A DNA stretch of 60,854 nt, filler included. It is 6 parts of 6 records of this genome, joined end to end, with 100 filler letters (N's around TTAATTAATTAA, not from the genome) between each part and the next. Parts side by side here need not be neighbours in the genome. Positions count along the whole stretch, not along the records: positions 1 to 12,612 come from DRR378314_2526; positions 12,713 to 20,117 come from DRR378314_2527; 4 more parts are not named here. The stretch is one strand, 5' to 3'. Both the position numbers and the translations under genes were made by a program. Positions 9,066 through 20,217 of the stretch are shown here, piece by piece (within the stretch, counting starts at the first letter, position 1; each line of letters starts with the position of its first letter). The notes beneath the pieces were generated by a model. The model was not told the DNA's origin. It was given only the letters and a program-made list of their open reading frames with translations, and did not search any database.

Positions 9066-10013
9066 ATGCTTACAAGAAGGCACATTAGGGTTAAAGTTAT
9101 GCAATGTATTTATGCATTGACGCAATCGAAGGATGATTCCCTTGAAAAACAAGAGAAATTTTTGAAAGTAAGCATAGAGAACATGTACACTCTTTACCTG
9201 TTAATGCTGAGTCTTTTTATAGAGTTACATGAAAGGGCGGAGAATCAGATTAGCCTTTCCTCCAAAAAATATCTAAAAAACAACACGGATTCCTATCCCA
9301 ACAAGGAAAAATTCCTAAGTAATAAACTTTTGCTTCAAATTGCAGGGAACAAGACATTAAAGGATGAATTGTCCAAAAGAAAATTGAACAATTGGTATTT
9401 GAACGAAGAGTACATCAGGATAATTTACAATGAGGTTATGGAAAGTGAGATATATGCCAAATATATGTCCAATGCCGATAGTACTTATGAGGAGGACAAA
9501 AGGCTTATAATCGATTTGTTCCGGGATATTATTGCACCCAACGAAAAGATTTACGATTATTTTGAAGATGATAAATTAACATGGGTAGATGATATACCCA
9601 TTGTAAATACCTTTCTCTTAAAACAGTTTAAAAAGGTAAAGGAAAGTACTGTCCCGTCCTATTTTTTACCGCCTCTTTTTAAGGATGAGGACGATATGGT
9701 ATACGCCAATAGACTACTGACGAAAACATTGCTGAACAATTCCAAATTGGAACAGGAGATCGAGGGTAAAACACCTAATTGGGACAAGGATCGAATTGCA
9801 GATATTGATGCCATACTTTTGAAAATGGCAATTTGCGAGTTACTCAATTTTCCATCTATACCGGAACGGGTTACTATAAACGAGTTTTTAGAAATTGCGA
9901 AGGAATACTCCACCCCCAAGAGTAGCATATTTATAAATGGAATATTGGATAAACTGGTGAGGGAATATAAGGAGGAAGGGAAACTAAAAAAAGTGGGTAG
10001 GGGTTTGTTATAA
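9066..10013 (+). CDS. nusB: Transcription antitermination factor NusB (long Bacteroidetes form)
   Basis: MLTRRHIRVKVMQ N-terminus; NWDKDRIA...IPERVTINE...AKEYSTPKSSIFINGILD. Confidence 0.95.
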   Translation: MLTRRHIRVKVMQCIYALTQSKDDSLEKQEKFLKVSIENMYTLYLLMLSLFIELHERAENQISLSSKKYLKNNTDSYPNKEKFLSNKLLLQIAGNKTLKDELSKRKLNNWYLNEEYIRIIYNEVMESEIYAKYMSNADSTYEEDKRLIIDLFRDIIAPNEKIYDYFEDDKLTWVDDIPIVNTFLLKQFKKVKESTVPSYFLPPLFKDEDDMVYANRLLTKTLLNNSKLEQEIEGKTPNWDKDRIADIDAILLKMAICELLNFPSIPERVTINEFLEIAKEYSTPKSSIFINGILDKLVREYKEEGKLKKVGRGLL

Positions 10014-10145
10014 ACAAATATTCCTTAATTTTGCGCAAATATAAATTAATGGGGATGAAATAAGCCATAGTAGTTCTTGAAATACACCAAGATTATTAAT
10101 GGCGATTTGCACATTACCTCTTATAAAATAATTAAATTTAAACAG

Positions 10146-10619
10146 ATGAAAAGAGTATTCTTAACCTTAAGTATTGTTTCTGTTCTTGTCCTTTCCTCCT
10201 GTAAGGAAAAGGCCTCCAGTAAAATAGAAGCTTCCAATGTAGAGGTTGCTGCCGAAAGGGATGCAGCTGCCAAAAGTCTTCCAGTTATGGAATTCGATAA
10301 AGTAGAGCACGATTTTGGATCTATAGATCAAAATGCGCCCCAGGAAACAATTTTTACATTTACAAATACCGGTGATGCTCCTTTGATCATTACCGACGCA
10401 AAAAGCAGCTGTGGTTGTACCATTCCTGAGTATCCAAAGAATACTCCAATAGCACCAGGTGAAAAAGGTGAAATGTTGGTTAAATTCAATGGTTCTGGAC
10501 AAAATCAGGTTACCAAGACTATAACCGTTACTGCCAATACTAGTAAAGGAACCGAAACACTTAGAATAAAAGCATTTGTAACTCCAAAAGGAGCAGGTCC
10601 TGTAGGTCCTGTTAAATAA
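10146..10619 (+). CDS. DUF1573-domain lipoprotein
   Basis: The ATG at 10146 gives a signal peptide with lipobox LSSC; FTNTGDAPL...SCGCT...PIAPG motif. Confidence 0.85.
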   Translation: MKRVFLTLSIVSVLVLSSCKEKASSKIEASNVEVAAERDAAAKSLPVMEFDKVEHDFGSIDQNAPQETIFTFTNTGDAPLIITDAKSSCGCTIPEYPKNTPIAPGEKGEMLVKFNGSGQNQVTKTITVTANTSKGTETLRIKAFVTPKGAGPVGPVK

Positions 10620-10633
10620 GTACACATATAATT

Positions 10634-10921
10634 ATGTTAGAACAATATCCATATCTTCCACTCATATTGATGTTTGTAGTGGTGTATTTTTTTATGATCG
10701 CACCACAAAGAAAGCGTCAAAAACAAGAGAAGAAATTTACCGAAGAATTAAAAAAGGGAGATAAAGTTGTTACCAAGAGCGGTATGCACGGTAAAATAGT
10801 CGATTTGAGCGACAATGATTTTTCCTGTGTTATTGAAACTATGGCCGGGAAGATAAAATTTGATCGTACCGCCATATCCATGGAGATGAGCAAAAAAGTA
10901 AACGCACCCGAAAAGAAGTAA
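10634..10921 (+). CDS. yajC: Preprotein translocase subunit YajC
   Basis: TM helix followed by YFFMIAPQRKRQK and LKKGDKVVTKSGMHG. Confidence 0.95.
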   Translation: MLEQYPYLPLILMFVVVYFFMIAPQRKRQKQEKKFTEELKKGDKVVTKSGMHGKIVDLSDNDFSCVIETMAGKIKFDRTAISMEMSKKVNAPEKK

Positions 10922-10940
10922 TTTTTTTCCGAATAATTTA

Positions 10941-10971
10941 AAAAGCACCAACCAAAAGTTGGTGCTTTTTT
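10941..10971 (+). terminator. Intrinsic terminator after yajC
   Basis: AAAAGCACCAAC-loop-GTTGGTGCTTTTTT. Confidence 0.85.
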
Positions 10972-11016
10972 GTTGTAATATTTTGTACATTAAGGGCTTA
11001 TTTAAACTTTGATTCC

Positions 11017-12336
11017 ATGATTCACAATAGAAGAAAATTTATTAAGCAGGGTTCCCTTATGGGCGTAGGAACAGCTGCGGCATTTTTATTTCCAATGGAC
11101 TTATTGGCTTCCATACGACGGAAGACAAGTCCAAACGATAAAATTGGTGTAGGCTTGATAGGTTGCAATGGCATGGGCTTTAGCGATTTGACTTCCATGC
11201 TTAAAATGAGCGAAATTCAGGTTGTGGCTTTGTGCGATGTAGATGATAGTGTTTTAGAAAAGAGAACGGCCGATTTGGAAAAGGCCGGAATAAAGAAGCC
11301 TAAATTATATAAGGATTATCGAAAATTATTGGAAGATAAGGATGTAGATGTTGTAATCATTGGTACTCCGGATCATTGGCATTGTCTGCAGCTTTCCGAT
11401 GCCGTTAAAGCAGGAAAGGATGTGTATTGTGAAAAACCTTTGGCCAATTCCATTGAGGAATGTAACCTTATGCTGAACTCCGTACAGGCAAGTGATCGAA
11501 TGGTGCAAATAGGGCAGTGGCAAAGGAGTCAGCCTCATTTTGTAGATGCCATAGATTTTGTCCATTCGGGAAAATTGGGAGAAATTCGTTTGGCAAAAGC
11601 TTGGGCCTATCAGGGTTGGATGGGGTCTATCCCAGTTTTGCCGGATACTGCCGCTCCTGCCGGAGTGGATTATGACATGTGGTTGGGACCGGCACCCAAG
11701 AGACCGTTTAATGCCAACAGGTTCCATTTTAATTTTAGATGGTACTGGGATTATGCCGGTGGGTTAATGACAGATTGGGGGGTGCATCTTATGGATTATG
11801 CCCTGTATGGAATGAAAGCTAACACCCCAAAATCGGTGATGGCACTAGGGGGAAAGTTTGCCTATCCCGATGATGCTTCAGAAACACCGGATACCTTGCA
11901 GACCGTTTATGAGTATGATGGTTTTTCAATTTTGTGGGAGCATGCTACAGGCATAGATAATGGCAATTACGGACGCAATCACGGTATTTCGTTTATCGGC
12001 AACAATGGAACCCTGGTTTTGGACCGCAAGGGTTGGGAGGTGATATCTGAAAAGGATAAGATGCAAAGTATACCATTACAAAAAAACCAAGGTAGTGGGT
12101 TGGATAATCATACCGTGAATTTTATTGAAGCTGTGAAATCCAGGGACGGTTCCAAATTAAAGGCTCCTTTACAAGTGGGGTATGATGCCGCTTTGGTATG
12201 CCATATGGGAAATATAGCTTTTAAAACGGGTAATAGAATATATTGGGACAATTATACCGGACAATTCTCAGAAGATAAAGCGAACGATTTAATTCCGGCA
12301 CATTATCATAACGGTTGGGAATTGCCCAAGGGGTAA
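11017..12336 (+). CDS. Gfo/Idh/MocA oxidoreductase with Tat signal
   Basis: RRKFIK twin-arginine motif, IGCNGMG Rossmann motif, TPDHWH, YCEKP and DWGVH. Confidence 0.9.
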   Translation: MIHNRRKFIKQGSLMGVGTAAAFLFPMDLLASIRRKTSPNDKIGVGLIGCNGMGFSDLTSMLKMSEIQVVALCDVDDSVLEKRTADLEKAGIKKPKLYKDYRKLLEDKDVDVVIIGTPDHWHCLQLSDAVKAGKDVYCEKPLANSIEECNLMLNSVQASDRMVQIGQWQRSQPHFVDAIDFVHSGKLGEIRLAKAWAYQGWMGSIPVLPDTAAPAGVDYDMWLGPAPKRPFNANRFHFNFRWYWDYAGGLMTDWGVHLMDYALYGMKANTPKSVMALGGKFAYPDDASETPDTLQTVYEYDGFSILWEHATGIDNGNYGRNHGISFIGNNGTLVLDRKGWEVISEKDKMQSIPLQKNQGSGLDNHTVNFIEAVKSRDGSKLKAPLQVGYDAALVCHMGNIAFKTGNRIYWDNYTGQFSEDKANDLIPAHYHNGWELPKG

Positions 12337-12612
12337 GTGGAAAATAGGTGAAACTAGGAAGTTTTTTTTGAGGTTGCTGGGTTGATAATTAATACAATGA
12401 TTTTGGTATTATTTGGCTTTCAAACAGTATGTGGTCACTTGGTATTTAGACTTAATTGAGTTAACTGAGAGAAAAACTTAAAGCAAACCGATACATATTT
12501 GTTCCCATAGTAAACACCTGCTAAAGAACACTTCAAATTCATTAGGATAGTATTTTTTTATCAATACTGTCTATATAGGGCGAAATAATTGCTTATAGTA
12601 TTGTAGGGTGTC

Positions 12613-12712
12613 NNNNNNNNNNNNNNNNNNNNNNNNNNNNNNNNNNNNNNNNNNNNTTAATTAATTAANNNNNNNNNNNNNNNNNNNNNNNNNNNNNNNN
12701 NNNNNNNNNNNN
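12613..12712. other. Artificial contig spacer
   Basis: N44-TTAATTAATTAA-N44 (stops in all six frames); composition and taxonomy switch across it. Confidence 0.99.
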
Positions 12713-14272
12713 GATGGGGTAACCGAAGTTAATACCAGCACCGTAAGCATCGGTGGAGAACGTCGAAATATCGGAGTCGCCGTAATCCGTTTCCCGATAA
12801 AACAGGTTATAACCGCGCGAAATACCATCCAGTGTCCAGTAGGGATCCGTAAATGCAAAGTTAACGCTGGTAAACGTATCACTACGTTGCGCACCTACGT
12901 TGACGCGGTTACCGGTACCTAGGAAGTTATTTTGCGCCAAACCGACACCATAAATTACCCCCGCACTTTGCGAGAAGCCGACACTGGCAGATACTGAGCC
13001 AGACGGTTGCTCTTCGACGTTATACGTTACGTCTAGCAAGTCGGGCTGCCCCGGAACCGGTTGCGTATCAACCTCTACTTGGCTGAAGAAGCCAAGACGC
13101 TCCAAGCGTTGACGCGACTGAGTAATCGACTCAGTCGAGGCAGGCGCCCCCTCTAACTGGATCATTTCTCGACGCAATACTTCGTCTTGCGTAGTGGTAT
13201 TGCCGTAAAACTCAATACGACGTACATAAGTTCGCTGACCAGGGTTGACCGCGATCACTAAATCAACCGTTTCACCATCACCGGCCATTTCAGGGATACC
13301 TTGAACTTCAGCAAACGCAAAGCCTTCCGCCCCAAGACGCTGACGAAGTGCTTCGGTAGACGCGTTGAGATCCCCACGAGAGAACGTATCACCACGGTTA
13401 ATAGTCAGTAGCTCGTTCGCTTCGTTTTCGCTAATTTGCAGGTCACCTGCAAAACGAATGTCGCCTACTTGGAACTGGTTGCCCTCATCAATATTTAACG
13501 TGATGAAGATCTCTGACTTTTCAGGACCAATGGAAACCTGTGTTGAGGTGACATCAAAATTGACGTAACCACGATCCAAGTAAAAGGAGCGTAACCGCTC
13601 AATGTCCCCTGCCAACGCTTCGCGGGAATACTCATCTTTAGAGAACCAACCAAAAACACGCCCTGGCCGATCATTTAGCTCAAATACGTCGCGCAGCGTG
13701 TCATCGTCGAACGTTTCATTGCCCACGATGTTGATCTGGCGGATCTTAGCGACTTCGCCTTCGTTAACATTGATATTAACCTGAACACGGCCTTCATCAA
13801 TTTCGTCAACTTCAACATCGATACCGGCGCTGTAGCGCCCCTGAGCTTGATAAACCCCTTCAAGCTCACGCTGAATCTCTTCCAATGTGGAAAGTTGCAG
13901 TACTTGCCCCTCGGAAAGACCTGATTCGCGCAGACCGTTGCGCAGATCCTCATCAGAAATCTGCTGATTCCCTTCGATGTTCAAGCGCGCGATCGTCGGG
14001 CGCTCAACTACCTGGATAATCAACACATCTCCTTCGCGCGCGAGGGAAACATCTTCAAACAAACCTGTGGCAAACAAATCTCGCGCAGCGGCAGCAAGCT
14101 GCTGTTCGCTAACGCGATCATTGGCATTGACGGGAAACGCATTAAAGACCGAGGCGGCAGATACCCGCTGCAGTCCTTCCACACGAATGTCGGAAACATC
14201 AAAGGATTGTGCTTGGGCAGTGCTGGTACCTACCAACAACAATGCCGCCATTCCAAGGGTCTTGATTTTCAT
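12713..14272 (-). CDS. bamA: Outer membrane protein assembly factor BamA, 3' truncated
   Basis: Signal peptide, DIRVEGLQRV, five POTRA-like repeats and the start of the barrel (NFLGTG, FTDPY). Confidence 0.97.
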
Positions 14273-14372
14273 GCAGTCAGTTCGCTCGCGTTGGTCTGCC
14301 CATCATTCCAGATAGGCACCATATACATTTGTGCAGGCAGATGACAAGGCATCCAGCGCCCTACACGCGTCA

Positions 14373-15731
14373 TTACCACAGGCGCATCAGATCAAAATAG
14401 AGAGCCATCAACATTAGGGTGCCTACCATGGCAAGCCCAATACGCAACCCTACCGCTTGCGTTTGCTCAGAGACCGGCCGCCCACGCACGACCTCTATAA
14501 AATAATAAAGTAAATGCCCACCATCGAGCACGGGTATTGGCAGTAGATTAAGCACGCCAAGGCTGATAGAAAGATACGCTAGAAAGCCTACGAACGCTTC
14601 CATCCCCGCACGAGCAGAGTCACCTGATATCTGCGCGATGGTAATCGGCCCCGAAAGGTTCGACGGTGAAATAAGCCCCACCAGCATCTTACGGATAGCA
14701 TCTACTGTCAGCAGCGTCATCTCACCTGTACGTGATAACGCTTGACCTACCGCTTCTACAGGCCCGTAACGAATTTCACGTTGAAACTCTTCAGGCCATG
14801 TTACCTGCTGCGCTCCGGCACCAATGTACCCAACCTCGACGCCACTCTCCAGCGTATTACGTCCAGGGATTAAGGAAAGGCTACCCTGCTCATCACCACG
14901 CTGGTAACCCACCTCTAAGGTTTGGCCTGCATTCTCACGAATAACCGAGACAAACTGCATCCAGTCGTCAATTGGCTCACCATCCAGAGACACAATACGA
15001 TCACCCGCTCGCAGGCCAGCTTGTGCAGCCGCCTGGCCATCAATCACTTGGCCTAGCACTGCGGGTACGTTCGGGCGCCAAGGTGTAATGCCCAAACTCT
15101 GCATTGGCTGGGGCGGGTCCTGGCGAACCATGTAGTTGGCAACAGGAAGCTGATAAACCCGAGAGGCATTGGACCCTTCAGGCTGTGCCTCAAGCACCAG
15201 GTCGCCATTAAACCCGATCATAGAGACAAGCTTTAAATTAATCTCTTCCCAGGAGCGCATAGCATCTCCCTGGATAGAGGTAATTTCTGCGCCGTGAGAA
15301 AGCCCTGCCTCTGCCGCAGGAGAGTTAGGAGCAACATCGCCAACAATAGGAGCAACGGTTGTAGTGCCTGCAACGAATAGCGCCCAGTAAGCTACAATCG
15401 CAAGTAAAAAATTTGCAATCGGGCCAGCGGCAACAATAGCGATACGCTGCCATACGGTCTTGCGGTTAAACGCCTGATCTAATTGCTCTTCAGGTACAGG
15501 CGCTTCGCGCTCGTCGAGCATTTTTACGTAGCCGCCTAGCGGTATGGCCGCCACCGCGAACTCTGTGCCGTGACGATCAACGGTCGACCATAGCGGCTTA
15601 CCAAAGCCGACTGAGAAACGTAGCACCTTTACACCGCAGCGCCGCGCCACCCAAAAATGGCCAAACTCGTGAAAGGTTACCAACAACCCCAGTACCACGA
15701 TCACCGCTAATATGTTCTGTATCAGGCTCAC
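14373..15731 (-). CDS. rseP: Intramembrane metalloprotease RseP
   Basis: HEFGH, two PDZ regions, NLLPIPVLDGGH; conserved synteny. Confidence 0.97.
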   Translation of the reverse strand: MSLIQNILAVIVVLGLLVTFHEFGHFWVARRCGVKVLRFSVGFGKPLWSTVDRHGTEFAVAAIPLGGYVKMLDEREAPVPEEQLDQAFNRKTVWQRIAIVAAGPIANFLLAIVAYWALFVAGTTTVAPIVGDVAPNSPAAEAGLSHGAEITSIQGDAMRSWEEINLKLVSMIGFNGDLVLEAQPEGSNASRVYQLPVANYMVRQDPPQPMQSLGITPWRPNVPAVLGQVIDGQAAAQAGLRAGDRIVSLDGEPIDDWMQFVSVIRENAGQTLEVGYQRGDEQGSLSLIPGRNTLESGVEVGYIGAGAQQVTWPEEFQREIRYGPVEAVGQALSRTGEMTLLTVDAIRKMLVGLISPSNLSGPITIAQISGDSARAGMEAFVGFLAYLSISLGVLNLLPIPVLDGGHLLYYFIEVVRGRPVSEQTQAVGLRIGLAMVGTLMLMALYFDLMRLW

Positions 15732-15783
15732 TCTTCGCTCCTTTACACGACTCGCTGATCAACGATGGCTGATGCTAAGCGAA

Positions 15784-16971
15784 CTACTGGCATACTATTA
15801 GCGCCGCCTGCTCCCGTGCCCACTGATCTGCAGATAATATCCGCTCAAGCGTGTCGGCACGCCCTTCAAACGGTAGAGCCATCACTTTTGCCACTACGTC
15901 AGCAATCGCGCTGAAGCCAAGCTGTCCTTCCAGAAAAGCCTCCACGGCGACCTCATTCGCCGCATTCAAAATCGCCGGTGCAGCGCCGCCCTTGTGCATA
16001 GCATCACGGGCGAGCGACAAGCAGGGGAAAAGCGCTTCATCGGGGGCTTCGAAATCCAGACGCGCCACCTGAAAAAGATCCAGCGTCTCAACACCCGCAT
16101 CAATCCGTTCCGGCCATGCCAATCCATAAGCAATAGGCGTACGCATATCAGGATTACCCAGCTGCGCAATCACCGAGCCATCATCATAGGCAACCATCGA
16201 GTGAATAACGCTTTGCGGATGAACCACTACCTGTATCTGATCAGGCGTTGCATCAAATAGCCAGCACGCTTCAATAAGCTCTAAGCCTTTATTCATCAAC
16301 GTCGCGCTATCGACGGAGATTTTGCGCCCCATTGACCAGTTAGGATGATGACAAGCCTGCTCAGGGGTCACCTTAGCGATATCTTCTGCCTGCCAGCCAC
16401 GAAAAGGGCCGCCAGAGGCGGTGAGCAGCAGCTGGCGAACACCGTGCTGACGCAGTCCACCTCTATGCTCGGTAGGTAGACATTGGTAAATAGCATTATG
16501 TTCGGAATCAATCGGCAATAAGGTTGCACCTGAGCGCGCAACAGCGTCCATAAACAGCGCGCCACTCATCACTAGAGCTTCTTTATTGGCCAACAGTACG
16601 CGCTTACCTGACTCGGCAGCTGCTAGCGCAGGTAACAGGCCCGCTGCGCCAACAATAGCGGCCATCACGGTATCCACTTGCCTTTCTCGCGCCACCTGGC
16701 AAAGCGCTATAGCTCCCGAAAGAACCTTAGTAGAGAGCCCTGACGTTAAAAGTGCTTGCCGCAACCAGGCCGCATCCTCAGGGTCATGTAATACAGCGAC
16801 TTCTGGGTGATGAAAGCGGCATTGCGCTAAGAGCACTTCTTTTGAGGTATGGGCCGTTAAGGCATAAACGCGATAGCGATCTGGATATTGAGCAATGACA
16901 TCAAGGGTGCTTTTACCAATTGAGCCTGTTGAACCAAGCACTGTAATACGCTGAACAGCTGGTTGGCTCAT
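15784..16971 (-). CDS. dxr: 1-deoxy-D-xylulose 5-phosphate reductoisomerase
   Basis: [42 protein letters not shown]. Confidence 0.98.
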   Translation of the reverse strand: MSQPAVQRITVLGSTGSIGKSTLDVIAQYPDRYRVYALTAHTSKEVLLAQCRFHHPEVAVLHDPEDAAWLRQALLTSGLSTKVLSGAIALCQVARERQVDTVMAAIVGAAGLLPALAAAESGKRVLLANKEALVMSGALFMDAVARSGATLLPIDSEHNAIYQCLPTEHRGGLRQHGVRQLLLTASGGPFRGWQAEDIAKVTPEQACHHPNWSMGRKISVDSATLMNKGLELIEACWLFDATPDQIQVVVHPQSVIHSMVAYDDGSVIAQLGNPDMRTPIAYGLAWPERIDAGVETLDLFQVARLDFEAPDEALFPCLSLARDAMHKGGAAPAILNAANEVAVEAFLEGQLGFSAIADVVAKVMALPFEGRADTLERILSADQWAREQAALIVCQ

Positions 16972-17789
16972 AGGGCGCTCACCTGGAGATGGATCACCTG
17001 CAAATAGAACAGCGCAAAAATAGGCACTGCTGCCGTCAGGCTATCAATACGATCCAGTACACCGCCATGGCCTGGCAAGAGCTGACTTGAATCTTTGATG
17101 TCCCGATAGCGCTTAAGCATACTTTCGAGAAGATCACCAAGCACTGAAACCAGCGTCACTAAACCGGTAATCACTACCAGTGCGACACCGCCTGTAAAGT
17201 TAATGGGCTGCCACACAGCGAACACAATTGCTAGCAACAGCGTGGCCGCAAGGCCGCCATAAACACCTTCCCAGGACTTACCTGGGCTCACTTTTGGAGC
17301 AAGCTTATTTTTTCCCCAACGCCTGCCAGCAAAGTAGGCGCCAATATCAGCGGTCCAGACTAACAACAGCACAAACAGCAGCCAGACAGCGCCACTATCG
17401 CGGAGCACATTGAATCCTACCCAGCACGGCAGCAGCACCCACACACCCATGAGCAACCGCCGAGAAGTGGCTTGCCATTGGTTGGCAGTATCAGGGTAGT
17501 GGGTCACCCAATAAAGATTAATCCCCCACCCCACAGCGGCCAGCCAAAGCGGCCAAGCGGCAAACGCTGCTCCACCTAGCCACATCGCCAGCATTAACAC
17601 TGCCATAACAGCTACCAGGGCAATTCGCGCTCCCTGACGGGCGACACCGGCCAAGTTGGTCCACTCCCAAGCACCTAGCAGCACAATTAGCGCTGTAAAC
17701 AGTGCAAAGACTCCACCTTGTAGTCCGAACAAGCCAGTCAGCGTCAGGGGCGCTAACCAAGCTGCTGTAATCATCCGCTGTTTAAGCAC
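16968..17789 (-). CDS. cdsA: Phosphatidate cytidylyltransferase
   Basis: SPGKSWEG and [19 protein letters not shown] motifs. Confidence 0.97.
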   Translation of the reverse strand: MLKQRMITAAWLAPLTLTGLFGLQGGVFALFTALIVLLGAWEWTNLAGVARQGARIALVAVMAVLMLAMWLGGAAFAAWPLWLAAVGWGINLYWVTHYPDTANQWQATSRRLLMGVWVLLPCWVGFNVLRDSGAVWLLFVLLLVWTADIGAYFAGRRWGKNKLAPKVSPGKSWEGVYGGLAATLLLAIVFAVWQPINFTGGVALVVITGLVTLVSVLGDLLESMLKRYRDIKDSSQLLPGHGGVLDRIDSLTAAVPIFALFYLQVIHLQVSAL

Positions 17790-18567
17790 CTTGCGCCTCT
17801 ATTTGTGCGTCGGTCATACCAAAACGACGGCGACGTAGGCAAAAATCGTCAAGCGCCTCATCAAGTGCCGCCCCGTTAAAATCTGGCCAGAGCAGTGGCG
17901 AAAAATGCAGTTCTGCGTAAGCTAACTGCCATAACATAAAGTTAGATAGCCGCTGCTCTCCGCTGGTGCGGATGCATAAATCTACCGGCGGTACATTGTG
18001 CGTATTCATCGCCGCATCAAGACGCGCCTCATCAATATCGGAAGCCGCTAACTCACCTGCGGCGACTTGCTCCGCCAACTGTCTAGCCGCTCGCGCAAGG
18101 TCCCATTGACCACCGTAGTTGGCCGCAATCACCAGATGCATACCGGTATTCTCTGCGGTTAACGACTCGGCACGCTGAATATGCTTTTGGATCGCATGGG
18201 AAAAACCACGCTGTTCGCCAATAATTGACAGGCGAATATTACGCTCATGGAGCTTTTTGACCTCGCGCTTAAGCGCCATCAAAAAAAGCTCCATCAAGGC
18301 ATTCACCTCAGCCGCTGGGCGCTTCCAGTTTTCACTTGAAAAAGCAAAAAGACTCAGTGTCTGAACGCCGCGCTGCGCAGCGCGTTCAATAACCGCTCGA
18401 ACGGCTTCGACACCGGCTCGGTGACCGCGCACTCCGGAAAGCCCACGTGCCCGCGCCCAGCGGTTATTACCATCCATAATAATAGCAACATGGGCTGGCG
18501 GCGCCTCCTCGGACCGAGAAGGCGTCGCGCCATCCTGCTGCGCTTGGGGAAGCTGCGGAGACGTCAT
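17782..18567 (-). CDS. uppS: Undecaprenyl diphosphate synthase
   Basis: HVAIIMDGNNRWA, FSSENWKRP, RTSGEQRLSNF; start placed at the ATG at 18567. Confidence 0.97.
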   Translation of the reverse strand: MTSPQLPQAQQDGATPSRSEEAPPAHVAIIMDGNNRWARARGLSGVRGHRAGVEAVRAVIERAAQRGVQTLSLFAFSSENWKRPAAEVNALMELFLMALKREVKKLHERNIRLSIIGEQRGFSHAIQKHIQRAESLTAENTGMHLVIAANYGGQWDLARAARQLAEQVAAGELAASDIDEARLDAAMNTHNVPPVDLCIRTSGEQRLSNFMLWQLAYAELHFSPLLWPDFNGAALDEALDDFCLRRRRFGMTDAQIEAQGA

Positions 18568-18673
18568 GGGTTCTCGCACCAAAGATCAGTCATAGTAAAG
18601 CCAAGCGATGACCCACGGGCAGCCAAGCCCCCCGTGGTTGATTGAAAGCAGGTAGCTATTTTTAGACTAATAA

Positions 18674-19231
18674 CTATACCTGCATGAGATCTTGTTCTTT
18701 TGCGGCAAGCGCTTTATCGACCTCAGCAATATACTTATCCGTCAACTTCTGGATTTCGTCTTCACCCTGGCGCTGATCGTCTTCAGTAATTTCTTTATCC
18801 TTCAACAAAGACTTAAAATCACCGTTGGCATCACGACGTACGTTACGCACTGCCACGCGCGCATGTTCAGCTTCGCTACGCGCCTGCTTGATGTAACCTT
18901 TGCGCGTTTCTTCGGTCAACATCGGCATCGGCACGCGAATGACATTGCCGGCACTGGAAGGGTTGAGCCCCAGATCAGAGGTCATAATTGCCTTTTCAAT
19001 CTTGGGCACCATGCCCTGCTCCCAAGGCGCCACTGTCAGCGTACGCGCATCTTCCACGTTAACAGAAGCCACTTGATTTAGCGGCACCTGACCACCGTAA
19101 TAATCAACGGTAACAGCGTCGAGAATACTGGGATGAGCACGCCCCGTACGGATTTTGTTGAAGTTGCTGTGCAGCGCTTCAACACTTTTCTTCATGCGAG
19201 ATTCTGCATCTTTCTTGATGTCATTGATCAC
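18674..19231 (-). CDS. frr: Ribosome recycling factor
   Basis: [15 protein letters not shown] and VRNVRRDAN motifs; 185 aa. Confidence 0.98.
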   Translation of the reverse strand: MINDIKKDAESRMKKSVEALHSNFNKIRTGRAHPSILDAVTVDYYGGQVPLNQVASVNVEDARTLTVAPWEQGMVPKIEKAIMTSDLGLNPSSAGNVIRVPMPMLTEETRKGYIKQARSEAEHARVAVRNVRRDANGDFKSLLKDKEITEDDQRQGEDEIQKLTDKYIAEVDKALAAKEQDLMQV

Positions 19232-19235
19232 GATA

Positions 19236-20009
19236 TTACCCTCTGTCTATCAGCGTGCCTTCCTTGCCCCCTACTACCAAATTCAGCAGGGCACCAGGCT
19301 TATTCATATCAAATACCCGCACCGGCATATTATGGTCACGTACCAGGCAGATTGCGGTCAAATCCATAACGCCCAATTTTTGGTCTAGGGCATCGTCGTA
19401 AGAGAGCTGGTCATACTTCACGGCATCGGGATGTTTAACCGGATCTTTATTGTACACGCCGTCTACTTTGGTGGCCTTGATCACCACGTCAACATCTACT
19501 TCAATACCACGTAAGCAGGCTGCAGAGTCGGTCGTAAAGAAAGGATTACCCGTACCCGCTGAAAACAGCACCACGTCTCCCGACGTTAAGTAGCGGATGG
19601 CGGTGCGGCGGTCGTAATGCTCTACCACACCACTCATGGGAATCGCTGACATTACCCGCGAGCGAATATTGGAACGCTCAAGCGCATCTCGCATTGCTAG
19701 CGCATTCATCACGGTTGCCAGCATTCCCATGTGGTCACCCGTCACCCGATCCATGCCGGCTTCATTAAGCGCCGCGCCACGAAATAGGTTTCCACCACCA
19801 ATCACGATCCCCACCTGAACGCCAATACCAACCAATTGGCCGATCTCTAGCGCCATACGATCCAGTACTTTCGGATCAATACCAAAATCGTGCTCACCCA
19901 TTAGCGCTTCGCCAGACAACTTCAGCAAAATACGTTTGTATTTTGATTTCGACTTTTCAGTCTTGCTGGCAGCAACTGCGGGGGCGGACTCTTGAACTTC
20001 ACGTGACAT
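19236..20009 (-). CDS. pyrH: UMP kinase
   Basis: [20 protein letters not shown] and [10 protein letters not shown] motifs. Confidence 0.98.
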   Translation of the reverse strand: MSREVQESAPAVAASKTEKSKSKYKRILLKLSGEALMGEHDFGIDPKVLDRMALEIGQLVGIGVQVGIVIGGGNLFRGAALNEAGMDRVTGDHMGMLATVMNALAMRDALERSNIRSRVMSAIPMSGVVEHYDRRTAIRYLTSGDVVLFSAGTGNPFFTTDSAACLRGIEVDVDVVIKATKVDGVYNKDPVKHPDAVKYDQLSYDDALDQKLGVMDLTAICLVRDHNMPVRVFDMNKPGALLNLVVGGKEGTLIDRG

Positions 20010-20117
20010 GGCATCTCTCCTGAGGCAGACCTGAACACAGGCGGGCGAGACGACCCCTGTTTTTCACAGGGGCCGGATACACAAAAGCGTGCGCTCGCGC
20101 GCACGCCATCTTCTTTC

Positions 20118-20217
20118 NNNNNNNNNNNNNNNNNNNNNNNNNNNNNNNNNNNNNNNNNNNNTTAATTAATTAANNNNNNNNNNNNNNNNNNNNNNNNNNN
20201 NNNNNNNNNNNNNNNNN
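20118..20217. other. Artificial contig spacer
   Basis: N44-TTAATTAATTAA-N44. Confidence 0.99.

Noticed and set aside
12337..12612. Possible ncRNA or riboswitch in long flavobacterial intergenic stretches (also 1355-1703 and 2343-2707)
   Set aside because: No recognisable conserved motif or convincing structure beyond terminators; an Rfam covariance search would be needed.
12657..12668. Recurrent TTAATTAATTAA as a biological repeat or CRISPR-like element
   Set aside because: It is always centred in N-runs and is an artificial six-frame stop linker.
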